This document shows positions 36,390 through 49,600 of a stretch of 64,000 nt of DNA, piece by piece. Position numbers and translations under genes: made by a program. Origin of the DNA: Geosiphon pyriformis uo1 (taxonomy: Eukaryota > Fungi > Glomeromycota); NCBI GenBank assembly GCA_016748015.1, contig JAAOMT010000083.1, positions 4,765 to 68,764 of the forward strand. Direction: 5' to 3'. The notes beneath the pieces are model-generated. The model was not told the origin of the DNA. It worked only from the letters and a program-made list of their open reading frames with translations, and made no database searches. Positions within the stretch are counted from its first letter, which is position 1. Every line of letters begins with the position of its first letter.

Positions 36390-39300
36390 TATCTTTTAAT
36401 TTTCAAATATGACTTTAAAAAAGTGTTTTTGTGCAAAAGACCGAGGAAAAAAAGTTGATATTCGAAAATGGTGAAAACATAACAAACAAATGCTTTCTGA
36501 ACAATTTTCATGAAGTGCGACTGAATTATATACAACAACTTCATCATATTCAACAAAAACAAAATACAATACCAGTATTAAAGATTCGACTCCAATAATT
36601 AATGAAACTCCAATAATCAATGAAAAATTAATTAAAGATAATACAGAAATATTGATGAACATAATATTGAATCCAATATAATAGAAATAGATAATAAAAT
36701 TTTAAATTATATAATATTATTTCTAAAATTAATATTAATTTGTAAAAAATTGAATTTAGATCCAAATCGAAAAATGTTACCACAAATTTCATCGAAAATG
36801 AAATATAAAAGACAACAACAACTATTGCCTGCTGAAGAATTAAACATATTTGCCAATAATATATTACCTAATTCAATAGAATCTGATAAACAATTTGGAA
36901 TTATTGAAGATTCATTAATCCTTTTGGATAATAATAATGATTATGATAAGTTTATCAATGAATTAGCAACTTCTATTTCTAATATTCCATTACAATCATT
37001 AGAACCAATTGGAAATCTTAAACAACCAATATTATTTATTGTACCTATTCATATACAATGGACAATTTTATTTATTTATTTATTTCAATCAGCATATCAT
37101 CTTTTATCAACAAGTATTGCAATTCTAATTAAATTTATTTGGACTTTTTTATTATTTTTAGGACAAACAACAATACCAAAAAGTTTATATTTAAATCGTC
37201 AAATCCTTGGAATAACTGACAATATTAAAAAATATATTTGTTTATCATGTTATTAATTATACAATTTGGATCAATATGCCAGTAAAAATTAGCAATATTA
37301 ATGTACCAAGAACAATTGTGAACATAATTTCAAGAAAATAATTTTAACATCTAAAAGAAAATATTTTTATAAAGTATGTATTATTATGTTTTATTTATTT
37401 ATTTTAATTATTTACTATTTATTTTATTTTATTTTTTATTTATTTATATTTAATTTTTAATTTAAATTTTATTATAGCCAATTAAAAAATTTTCATATTC
37501 TTCAATTATTCAACAAATTGGAAAATTTCTTAATCAACCAAATGTTGAAACAATAATAAATCATTAAACAATACATTAAAATATTCCAAATAATATTTTT
37601 TCAGATATTTATAATAGTCAAATTGAGAAAACATTTAAAGATCAAAATAATAACCAATTTTTTAATATTAATACTATTAAAAAACAACTTGAATTGGCTT
37701 TAAATATAGATTGGTTTGAATCTACTAAACATATAATTTATTCAGTTGGAGCTATTTATCTTACAATTCTCAATTTTCCAGGACATTTATGCTTCAAAAT
37801 ACTCTATTAGTTAGCATTATTTCTGGTCCACAAAACCATCAGTTGAAAAAATTCAAGGATATTTAATTCTAATAGTTAATGAATTATTACAATTATGAAT
37901 AGGACAAATATTTTTAACTCCTTAATATTCAATTAGAAAAAAATTTCAAGCTACTTTAATTTTAATATTATATGATATATCAACAACTCGAAAGATAAGT
38001 ATTTGTCTTGTATAATCATTTTTAAATTAATTTATTAATTATCTTATGATTAGATTTGTAGTTTTTTAGGACATTCATCACATTATGTTTTTAATAAATA
38101 TAAAAAAACATTTAATTCATTTAGTAATAATAAAAATACAAAAATTGATTATTCTGACTTTAAAAAATATCCATTAAAAGATTCTAATATTTAATAACAT
38201 TCCGTATAAGATTGGCTAATAGGCTTAAAAAAAATACATCAACAAATTGAAAAAACATTTAGAGTATATTAAACACTATTTCTTTAACTTCTATATATAA
38301 ATATTTAATAATTTACTATTATTGATTTTATATATAATATTTTTTTGGGTATTAAACAATGAATGTTAACTAAATAGATAAGTAAATCTAATTTAATAAT
38401 TGGAAAATCACAGCTTTAAAATATATAAAATATTATTAATAATATATTTTTACTATTTTAATATTAGTTATATACTATTTAGACTTTTTTTAGTTAATTG
38501 CAGATTAATAAAAAATGTGGATTTTAATTTATTTAACATTTATATTTCATGAATATTTGGATGATAATTAACAACTAAATTGGCAAAACTTTGTTAATTT
38601 AATATTATTTTAAAGCCAAAGAATATTAATAATTAAAAAGTTCAACTTGGTTATAAGCTAATAATTAAGTTTCTTAAGTTAACTAAAAGTCTTTATAGTA
38701 AGCAATTTATTACTCTGAATATGTATATATTTACTTCAAAAAAATTTTGATTATGGTCTATTTTATGTATATTGATATTTTGCTTATAAATAAATGAATA
38801 AGTAAATATTTGTTTTATTTGTTTTTAATATAATAACTTAATAAAAATAAAATTATAAAATTATAAAAATTATTAACTATATCAATATCAAATTATTCTA
38901 TTGAATTAAAGTTATAAATTAAATTAATTAACAAATTTAAGTACAACAAATTAGCACAAAAAGTAGTATCAACTTTTTTAAAATTAATTATGAAATCTTT
39001 AATATTATTAAAATTATTTAATCTATTAATTAAAGGTACTCTTAGAAAATATTCATTTACAGTTAAACAGGTATTAAAATTCCAAAATTTGGCTTTGCAA
39101 AATTTAATAACTCAAATTACTGAAACTGAATGAATACTTAGAGAACTCAAAAAACTATTTCGAGAATTAACATTAGATAAACATACTCTTTAAATACTTA
39201 TACAATATTATTAAAACCTTTATCTAACTTTAATATTTAAAAATACAAGATTTTAACCAACTACAATTCAAGTTACTTCTTAAATTATTCGAGCTTTAAT

Positions 39301-39740
39301 ATTTACAATTGGTAATAAAATATTTGGATCTTTAATAAACTAATTTGATCTTAATGCCTATATTGTGGCATAATTTCCAGATAACTAACAAAGAAGACAT
39401 TACTAGCCAGAAATTATTTGGTATTATTTAAAATATTTCTTGAAAATACCAAATAATAACAGCAATTCTTATCAAATAGAACATTTATTTTGTTATATTA
39501 ATTAGTATAAGCCAAATAAATTTCGAAATCACTTTTATGTCTATAAAAATTATTATGTTGTTTCGACTTTGGCATATTTAGGAATGATAAATGCTAAATT
39601 ATAGAGTAAAAGTTTTTATCTAAAAGACTATTATTCAATAATTCCAGTCCAAAAAATTATGAATTGGTTTATTAAGACAAAATATACATGACAAGGAGCA
39701 GAAAAAATAATTGTTGTAATTCCATTAAATTCAAATTAGG
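36390..39740 (+). mobile_element. Decayed CACTA/EnSpm-type transposase gene
   Basis: Motifs: 'LALNIDWFESTKHIIYSVGAIYLTILNFP' (~37693-37780), 'SIISGP', 'LIVNELLQL*', 'ILYDISTTRK' (from CDIPAxRK), 'CSFLGHS' and 'IDFIYNIFLG' (from DPMHNLFLG, ~38320-38350). The upstream ORF 36750-37256 ends in 'KKYICLSC'. Intron remnants and many stops are present. Confidence 0.8.
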
Positions 39741-39939
39741 AATTTAATTATATGTAAAAAAACAGAAATACACTTATAAAACATTATAAATAAATTGATA
39801 ATTCATTATGCATAATTTAATAGATTATTATGCCGTTTACTTATATATAATATATAATGTAAAATATATACTTGATTTATTCTTTCTTTTTTTGTTTACT
39901 TTCTTTTCACTTTATCTTTGCTTCTTATTATGATATATT

Positions 39940-41500
39940 TCAAATATGAATAAGAGCAATAAAAGCAGAAAAAAACGCTAAAAGGACTACAAATACAGTA
40001 TATTCAATAACAGACAATGCTCTTACATATCTTAATAGTATTACTAATGTATTTCTGATTTTTTCGATAATAATCTGATAATAAGTCAAGAAATTAAAGA
40101 TATAAAAACAAGTTAAGAAAAGTATTTTTCCGATTCAGTGGCTGCATTTAACAGAGCAAATGTTTATATTCAAGACCAATTTTAAAATATTATTCAAGTA
40201 TTAAATAATCATAATAAATTCTTTGAAGTAACAAGTTGCCAATTCGACCAAATAATAAGAAAAGTTAATAAAATAATTATTCATAAAGTTACTAGAAAAA
40301 TTTTTGGAACTATTGTTAATAATGTGATCAAAAAAATTGAAAGAATATAAAAAATATTATCAATATTGTAGTTACAAAAACTATTAAAAAAGCAACAAAA
40401 AACACATCCAATAAGAATACTTCGACAGATGAAACCAAGAATTATAATAATGATGATAATAAAAAAGTTACAAATTGTGTGGATGATAGTAGAGCAACCA
40501 AATATATTAAGAGCAAATCTTCAAAGAAATCCCATTTTTTTTCAATTTTATAAAAAAAAATTCATATTAAAGTTGGTCAACATCTTGATTTAGTTAAGAG
40601 GTATAAAAAAAATACTCTAAATATTAAAAAAAATGTTAATTGAGATTATGTTTACAACTTAAATAAAACACTTATAACAACTTGTAATAAAGATATTACT
40701 AAAGCATATGTCAAGTTTTTTTAAGCAGAGCTAAAAAAAATCCAAATATTGGTAAGTGCTTGTTAATATGTTTTTTTGTTTTTTTAAACTTTTTTTTTAT
40801 TCTTTAGCCGAAGAAAAAAATAAATTACATTAATTATTCACAAAACTTGTATTTTATATATATATTATTTATAAAAAATTAATTTCAAATAACTGCAGAC
40901 TCCAAAAAAACAACATTCAAGATTATTGCTCTTTGTTGTAATTAGTACTATTACAAAATATTTAATTTTTTTGGTAATTTTTTTTATTCTATTAATAACC
41001 AACTTATATAATTTTAAAAGTTAAATGCTTAGATCAAAAAAGCAGTTGAACTTATTTTTTCATATCTTTACAAAGAAGTTGCTATTTTTTTCAAATTCGA
41101 ATATATCTCTCTTGAACTTAGTGAAGAAAAATTCAAATGCACAGACAAAAAACATGAATATTTGTTTATTAACTACTATTTAAATTAGAAAAGATAATAT
41201 TATTGTTTTATTATAGTTTTATTTATTTTTTTTGTGTATTTATTAATATTTTTTCTTAGATTAAGCATATTATTAATCAAATAGATTAAGCAATCTAAAT
41301 AAATTTTTATTATAACAAAACAGATAAAAAAAAGTAGATGTATTTAATTTGATTAACACATTTCTGTTTAGTTATTTGATAAGTATTATAAAACTCTTAA
41401 AATGCTGAAATACAAGACCAAAAATCTGATTTATTAGACTATTTATGATAAGTGTAAATGTATTTAATACTATATATATTTTTAGAATTCTAATAAGCTG
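39940..41500 (+). mobile_element. Probable decayed second (accessory) gene of the same CACTA-type element
   Basis: Coding-like, purine-rich stretches with intron-like gtaagt..tttag (40752-40807) lie directly downstream of the transposase and are followed by AT-only subterminal-like DNA. No recognisable motif. Confidence 0.35.
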
Positions 41501-44500
41501 ATTATTAAACTTTATTCAAATAATAATTAAAATAAGTCGAAAAGAATAAGTAAGTAAAATTATATTTGTAATTTTATATATTAGTTATATATTTTATAAT
41601 AACAAAATTTTATTTGAATAAATTAGTATTGTTCAAAGTTTAGTAATTAAAATAAAGTAAGTTTTACAAAAGACAATTAAAGTAAAAAAAAAATTAGTGT
41701 TAAGTTATTATATATAAAATGAGATTGGATTTTAAAATCTTGTTACTTTAATATAATTCCTTGTTAAAATACAAGCTATTATTTAATATCTATTCTAAAT
41801 ATCTATATAATATTTATTATATATTTTTAATTCTATAGCTTGTAATAACAATGTAAATTAATAAAAATATATATCAAATTACATTAATAATATATTATAA
41901 ATACTAAATAAATTAACAAAATATTATTTTTATTACTTTAATAAAACTATATTTTATAATATATTATAAATATATTATTTTTTTAATTTATTTATTATAT
42001 ATTGAAAAAGCAAAGTTATTTCTTTATTATTATATAATATTAATTTATTAAAGTTATATTAATATTACAATTATAATATAAAACAAAATTTGCAAATGTA
42101 CTATTAAATACAATATTTTAGAATTACATATACATATTTTTAATATATTTACTTGAAAAAACATTAAAATTACTCAATTTTTTAACTGGTAATATTTTTT
42201 TGCTTTTTGTTAATATTTATAAAAAATATTTAAAAGCTAATAAGATAACAATTTTTAAGAACAGTTTGTATATTGTTTATAGTATTTTTAATGTTATTGG
42301 CTGTACTTGCTAAAAATTTAGATTTGATTTTGGTATTATTAATAACATAATTAAAAATATTAATTAAGATCAAATTTTTTTAGTTTAATATTTCAATTTG
42401 AATATAACTTTTAGTTTTACAAATAAATTAATATTTTATTTGTATTTATATTTTATATTATTATTTGTTTATAGCGATTTAAAAGCACTTATATAATTAT
42501 AAATATTTTAATATAATGTATTTATATTATGATAAATCAAATTTCAAATTATACTTTTATGTATATAATAAATTTTAATGTTTACAAAAAAATATTGGAT
42601 TAATTTTTTACTTGGTAAAAGTTTTTATTAAAGATATGTGTTTTAATATTTTGTGTATTATAATTAATATTATTCTGTATATTTGATATTATAATATATA
42701 CTGCTTTATACAAAAATATTATTTTAGAGATTGAAATTATAAAACTTTATTTGCATTTAGTAATACTAAAAATTCTATTTGTTTAATTGTCATATTTGTA
42801 TGTTATTTAGAAATTGCTTATTGTAACAAAAAATAATTAGTTAGATCTAAATTTAATATAATTATAAAGAAGAAGTGTTTAATTTATAGTAATAAGTCTG
42901 TATTTTTAATTATTAATAGTATATTAATATTGCTCTTACATAGTGTAGTAAAGTTGTTTGGTATTGCTAAAATGCTCAATATTTTTCATGATTTATGTAA
43001 GATTTATACATTTTTTTTGGTATAAAATATTATATCTTAATTAATATAAATGTATAGTGTAGTTTTGATTAGCCTAAATAACTGATTACATATAGAAAGC
43101 ATGTAATTTACGTTTAGTTTAAACCACTTAACTTGGTGTATAATACTAGCTAGCTTTAGATCTTACTTATTAAAAAATAATAATAAAAAATTATAATTTA
43201 TTTAAAAAATCTTTGATAACTAATACATATTTTTTAAATATTACCCAAATTAAAAATGTTTGAAAAAAAAAACTATTTTCAAATTTTAGAGTATTAGCTC
43301 AACTTTAGAGTTAAATATAAAAAAAAAACTAATCTTGTTTTTAAAACTGGTAATAATTAACTAAATTATAAAATCAAAAAAAATTTAGTAAATGAATTTT
43401 TGTTGTTCTTATTTATAACCAAAATGAAAATTAAATATTATAATTAGTATTAATAATAAAAAATGAATAAGAATTTTAACAAAAAAGAAATTTAAAGTTT
43501 TATTTTCCAGAAAAAAAAGATTGTTTCTTTGCTGTTTTGGCATTTGAACAGCAGTAAGAAAAAAAACTGAAACTTTATTATTAATTTGCTATTAAAGACC
43601 TTTGAGTTTTTCAAGAAAGCAATAACAACACGAAAACTAATTCTAATATGTCATTTTGAAAGAAATTTAACTATAAAAACTTTCAGTCAAAAACAATTTT
43701 TTTGTGTAAACTGAATAAATTTTGCCACTTATTATTGATAAAACTTATTGTTTAGCAATATATTTTTCGTATTAGTAATTTTTTTTACAAAATAATAAAA
43801 TTATGAAAATAAATGCTAAATTTCTAATACATAAGAAATTTACTTCTTTTATTTATAACGCATTTTTTACTAAAGTTGTTCAAAAATTAATAATTAAAAT
43901 ATTTGATTTTTTTATTGAATAAAATATAATATATCATATTTTTAATAATAAATAATATTTGATGTGTGGGTTTTTTTCTAATTAAATTGTTTATTAAATC
44001 TACAATTTTATAGTTGTAATGAGAATTTTTTTGTTGTATAAAACTTGTTAAAAAATCTCAATAATCAAATCAAACCTTTTTTAATTTTGAACTTTTTTTA
44101 CTAATTGACTTATATCTTTATGTTTATTCTTTTTTTTTATAGATGAATTTGGTTTTTAACATATGTTATTATATCAAAATTAAATTTTATACTTTTAAAC
44201 ATTAAAGTATCTTTAAAATTTATTGTAGAAGATTAAAATAAATAATTGAATTTCAGGTATAAACATTTGTATTATTTTAAACAATGAATATAAATTCCAA
44301 AAGCATTTAATCGCATTTTTGACTTATTAATAAATTAATTATAAATTATCAAAAATATATTATTCATTTATTATTAAGTTTGAATCAAGAAAATCTTTTT
44401 CAAATGCAAACTGAATATTCTAAAGGAAACAGTGTAAAATATAAGGTTAAATAAGAAAAACTAGGTATTTCGAGCTTACTGAGAAATATCTCGATTTTAA

Positions 44501-44871
44501 AAATATTAATTAGAAGAATCTATTTATTAAAAAGTAAGTGTCTGGGCATCCATTTATAAAAGTATATATTTTTATTTTATTGCTAGTAAAAAAAAAGCAT
44601 CATCTAAAATTATAATTTTAAAGTTGTATTTCTAATTCCATTCAGCTAAAGAGCGTTTTATGGTTTTAGCCTGTAATAAAGACCTAAACTTTAGAGATTA
44701 CTTTTATTATAAGTTCTAAAGTTTTTTTGATGTTTAAATAATTTAAATGATATTCTTTCAACATTATTGTGAAGTTCATAATAATAGGCTATAGAATATT
44801 CTGCCAATGAAAATTAATAAGATTGGTAGTAGTCTTCAGAATATGCATAATCAAATTAGACAAAAGCGAAT

Positions 44872-46361
44872 TTATCTTTTTATAATTTGAAAAACTTCAT
44901 ACTCCTCGAAAAGGAAATTCACCCGTCCCTTTTCTGATCCAGGCATTATAGCATGCTCATATTCTGTTGTCTTTTGACAATAGCAGCCTGGACTATTTTT
45001 AAAATCATCGCTACACACACGAATATCGGCATTAAATTGGGGTCCATGATTTGGCTCACCATAAGGTCCATATATGCCAACAAATTTGCTAAGCTTAGAA
45101 TTTCCAGCTTTGCCATCTCCAAGGGAAAAAATAAAAATTCCTCTTCCATTTATATTTTCTCCCCGAGTGCCAAGACTGTGGGTTATAGCCGCCAATTATC
45201 TGACCAGTTCCTTTCACTTTTATTACGCTTACTGTTGCTCCTTTATCATCACATAATCGATGAAAATCGGCTGGAGTGAATCCGTCTCGACTGCCTCGAA
45301 GTAACAATTGGAAATCATTTCTAAGTTGATCTTCGAAAGGAGTATTTTCGTCTTTGCCTTCAATCCAATGATCAAGTTGTTTTATATTATGCAATCGAAG
45401 AAGCTTTGAATTGAGATTTGATCGTAATGGCTGAGCATCTACAGACTTTTGATGACTACCCGGTACGAGATAATGATGTAAAAGATCTTCATATAAAGTT
45501 CCAGGTAAGATTCTCGCAAATGGTTTTACTTTGTGATAGAAGTCAACTGAAGATATGTTAAAGAACCGGATTAAAGGTAAAAGTCTTTCAATAGATTCCT
45601 TAAAGGCGTTAAAGTTTTCATCTGTCCAGTAAAGAACGTTCTTCGTCTGAATATTGTTCTCTAATTTAGCAACTCCCCATTCTATAATTTTTTGCCATAT
45701 TTCAGATTCTTCTATATTTAGATCATCTCGGGTTAAAACTGAGGAAAGAACATTTTCACTAAGCGAGGTGAAATCTTGCGAGTTGAAGACTATAGCTGGA
45801 TTGTTAGCAGCTATTTCGGCGCAGAAATTTTGTAAATTTTTGAAAGAATCATGCTTAAATGAAGTTCTCTGCAATGTGGCGAAATTTTCTTCTAGCTCTT
45901 TTGCATGGTGTTCAATCAAATAGTCTTCAAGGTGATCAATAAATTTTACTAGAATAAGCTCATCAGCGATAACAAGCAATTCTAAAATGGTAGGTACTCC
46001 ATATTTATCAAGAGAAATCTCGCCATTATAAATATATCTGTATAGGAAAAAAAACATATAAATCATATTGGCCAAAATACTTTAAAGCAAATGAAAGCCC
46101 TTACCTGAGAATTATTTCAAAAATATTAGGAGAGATATTAGGTTTAGCGAAGATAATGGTATTATTTTCCCTTTTGATCCAATTGCCAGAGAGTGCTACA
46201 GCAAAATAGGGTGATCTTGCTGCTAAAATTTGCGAATGAGCTTGAAAAGTTCTAATATTAGGCGCTTCGCCAACTATAATTCTAACATCAGAGAACTTCT
46301 GACTGTCAAATAGATTCCCGAAATCATTGGATAAAGCGTGAAAGTGTTGTTGGGGTGACAT
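44872..46361 (-). pseudogene. BTB/POZ-BACK-TLDc protein gene with a single frameshift in the TLDc domain (pseudogene or sequence error)
   Basis: Exon 1 is 46361-46105 (SDVRIIVG..FQAHSQILAARSPYF), the intron is 46104-46038, and exon 2 starts at 46037 (YIYNG; BACK EESEIW..WG, LIRF; TLDc LLRGSRDGF..FHRLCD..IIGGYNP). The TLDc end (FIFSL..HGPQF..EEYEVFQI) is in another frame after the C4 run at 45161-45164. Confidence 0.85.
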
Positions 46362-46699
46362 TGGTAAAATATATAAAAAGCTTTGAAATATTAATATTTC
46401 GATCTGTAGTGTTTAAGAAAAGGCATTTTCACAAAATCAAATCAGCGCTGACTTATAATACATGTAAATGTGATCGACAGGTGATCTTACTATATTTATT
46501 TAAATCGGGTGAGATTCCACCTCTACAAAATTAAGAAGTTTTGCATTTTTCGTTACTCTGCAGATATAATTAAGTTTTTGTTATTGTTATTTTATTTTTT
46601 ATAACAATAATGGACAATTTGGTAGAAAAAAGTAATCATTAATACAATAGTGAATGAATTAAAATTTAAAAACCTCACAGAAGCACAGCTTTTTTGTTA

Positions 46700-49600
46700 C
46701 AAATTGGAATAACACATTAACCAATAGCAAAAAAAACAAGTATTATATAATAAAAATAATCAAAAAGAAATTTCAATTAAAAAGTGAATTAAATATGTAT
46801 AAATTAAATATGCAAATTTGTTTTATAAATATCTCAGCTATTATTTTTCAAAGAGTTTAAAAAAATAAAAAAATGGTCTGTACTGTTAACAAAAGATAAC
46901 ATAACTAATATAATTCTATGTCTCAATTAGTGCTTGTAAAATTTGGTAACAGATATTGTTTGTGTTTTTCAGTAATTATTTATTTAATAAGATTTCTTAA
47001 AAGCGTAAGATAATTATATATTAAAAAAAGAAAAAAGAAAAAAAATTATGATCTTTTAGATAAAAAATGTACGAAGAATTTTAATTATTGTGTTAAAAGA
47101 ATTGATTTAAAAAATAAGTGTTTTAAGAATTATTTTTGTGACTAATATTTTTTTACAGCTTTGAAAAATCTTGTTTATATATCTTCAAAAAAAACAATTA
47201 ACCAAATTAATAAACAAATTAATGATTAGATTAATAATTAAGTCATTCATTAAGTTTATTATTATATTAATAAAAAATTATTATAAATAGATGATTTTAA
47301 AACTAAAAATAAAATATCTTAAAATTTACACAACTTTCTTTTAAAACAACCTAATAAACAGCAACTGATTTAATAATATAAAGCTCTTAAATAAAGATTT
47401 TTGTTTTTATAAATAATAACAAGCCAATATATTCATATATATTGATAAAACTTAAGATTTAAAAGAGTATTTAGTTTTATTTTAAGTATTTTGAAATAAT
47501 ATATTTTGTTTTATTTTTTTAAACACACTTAGCAAAATTTTTAATTTAAATGTAAAAAAATAATATGCTAGTAAAATTGTTTTACTTTTTTATTAAATAT
47601 TTGTAAATTATCTTTTTTTTATACAAAATTAATATTAATTTTGAGTATAAAGCTTTCTTAAAAAACAATTTTCTTTGCACAAAGTTATATAAAGCTGTTT
47701 AGTATTGTTTTTTGTTACTATTTATTTGTTTAAAAATTTTAGTTCAAATAAAATTTGTTTTTAATCTTGTTAAATTACATATTACAACATATATAGCAGT
47801 ATTAAAAAATAAAAATAATAGTTAATTTGATATTTTTAAAACTTTTGTTAACAAAAGTAGTATTTTTAATGATATATAAAAAATTTTAATTGTAAATTTT
47901 TGAATTTATTAATCTTTTAAGTAGTTATAATTAATAAATTTATAAAAAACTATAATAATATTTACATATTTTACTTATATTATATATATTTTAAACAATA
48001 ATATATAGAATTTTAAAGATAATTAATTAAATACAAATATTATAAGACTAAATTAATAATATTTTTTTATTTTTATCTAAATAAAAAACATTAATTTGCA
48101 TTTATTTACTATAAAATTAAATTTAAAATTTAAAAACAAAATATTTTAATATTTATAATTTAAATATTAATAAAAATTTAAAGAAGTTTTTTTATTTTAT
48201 TTTTTTTGTATTTTTGATTAAATTTTTCAGTTTTAAAATAACTTTTAACAAATAATTAACAGATATTATGAATTTTTTTTATTATATATTTTATAAGTAT
48301 GATTTAATTATTATCTAGTATATATAAACAAACCAAGAATTTATAGTTAGACAATTCATGTTTTTGTTATATGTAATTAGCTACTTAAATTAGTTAAAAC
48401 TATATTATACACTTATAACTATATTAATACTAATACTTAAACAAAAAAAATATATGTGTTAATTATATAAATTCAAATTAACAATTACAATTTTATTAAT
48501 ATTTACCAACTAAATTATATTATTTAACAAATATTTTATTAATTTATGTAAATTATATAAAATTGATAAATTATTAATAATTGAAATTCTTTTTTTTATT
48601 ATTAGTTAATATATAAATTAATATAATTAATCTTATTTTTGTAACTTTTTATTAAATGTTAAATTACTAAAATAATAAACAGCTTAATCAATTTAGTTTT
48701 TTTGAATACTAACAAAATTTTAGTATACTATTTACTAAAAATTATATATTTATACAAATAATATATTTTGTATTAACTAAAACACAAAAAACTATAAATT
48801 ATAATACTAAAAAAGATAAAACTAATATATTTATTAGAAAAACCCAAAATTTTAAAGCTTTTTTTAATATATTTAAGCGAATTTTAATATTTAATTTATA
48901 TATAAAATTATAATTCAAAAATTCAATCTTATTATAATAAAAACAAATCTTCTTAAGATATTATTTATTATATAAATATTTTGAATACCAATTATAAGTT
49001 ATTTATAAACAGTTTTTATAATATATATATAGATTAATAATATATTTATTGTTAATATCTAAATATATGTATAAAATTAAATATCATAAAGTATTATATT
49101 AATATTAAGTCTTATTTTTTTACTTAGTATTCTAGATTAAATTATAAATTTGATAAATAAAATAATAAATATTGTTTGAAACAACCATATTTTTTGATCA
49201 AAATTTTAAGAAAAAAGTAGCAGCATAAGTCAATTTATTAATAATTATATTAATAATTATACTTAAATGCTTTATAATTTTAAATTATACTATTAAAATG
49301 TTTTTATTATAAATAAAATTGTAAATTTGTTTTTTTAATCTAACAACTATTGTAAATATTAAGTTTATACAAATTAAACTTAAAAATACAAACATTAATA
49401 GTAATTTAACTGTCTAAATAAATAATAACTATATTTAAAAAATATATTTAAGAACTAAAACAATAATTTGCAGTTTAATAAATATTAATAACATTAAACT
49501 GAAAACCCAAATATTAATATTTAATTCCAAATTTTTAAAATATACAACAATTCTATTAATAATACTATAAAATCTTAATTTTTTTAATAAATTATCTGTA

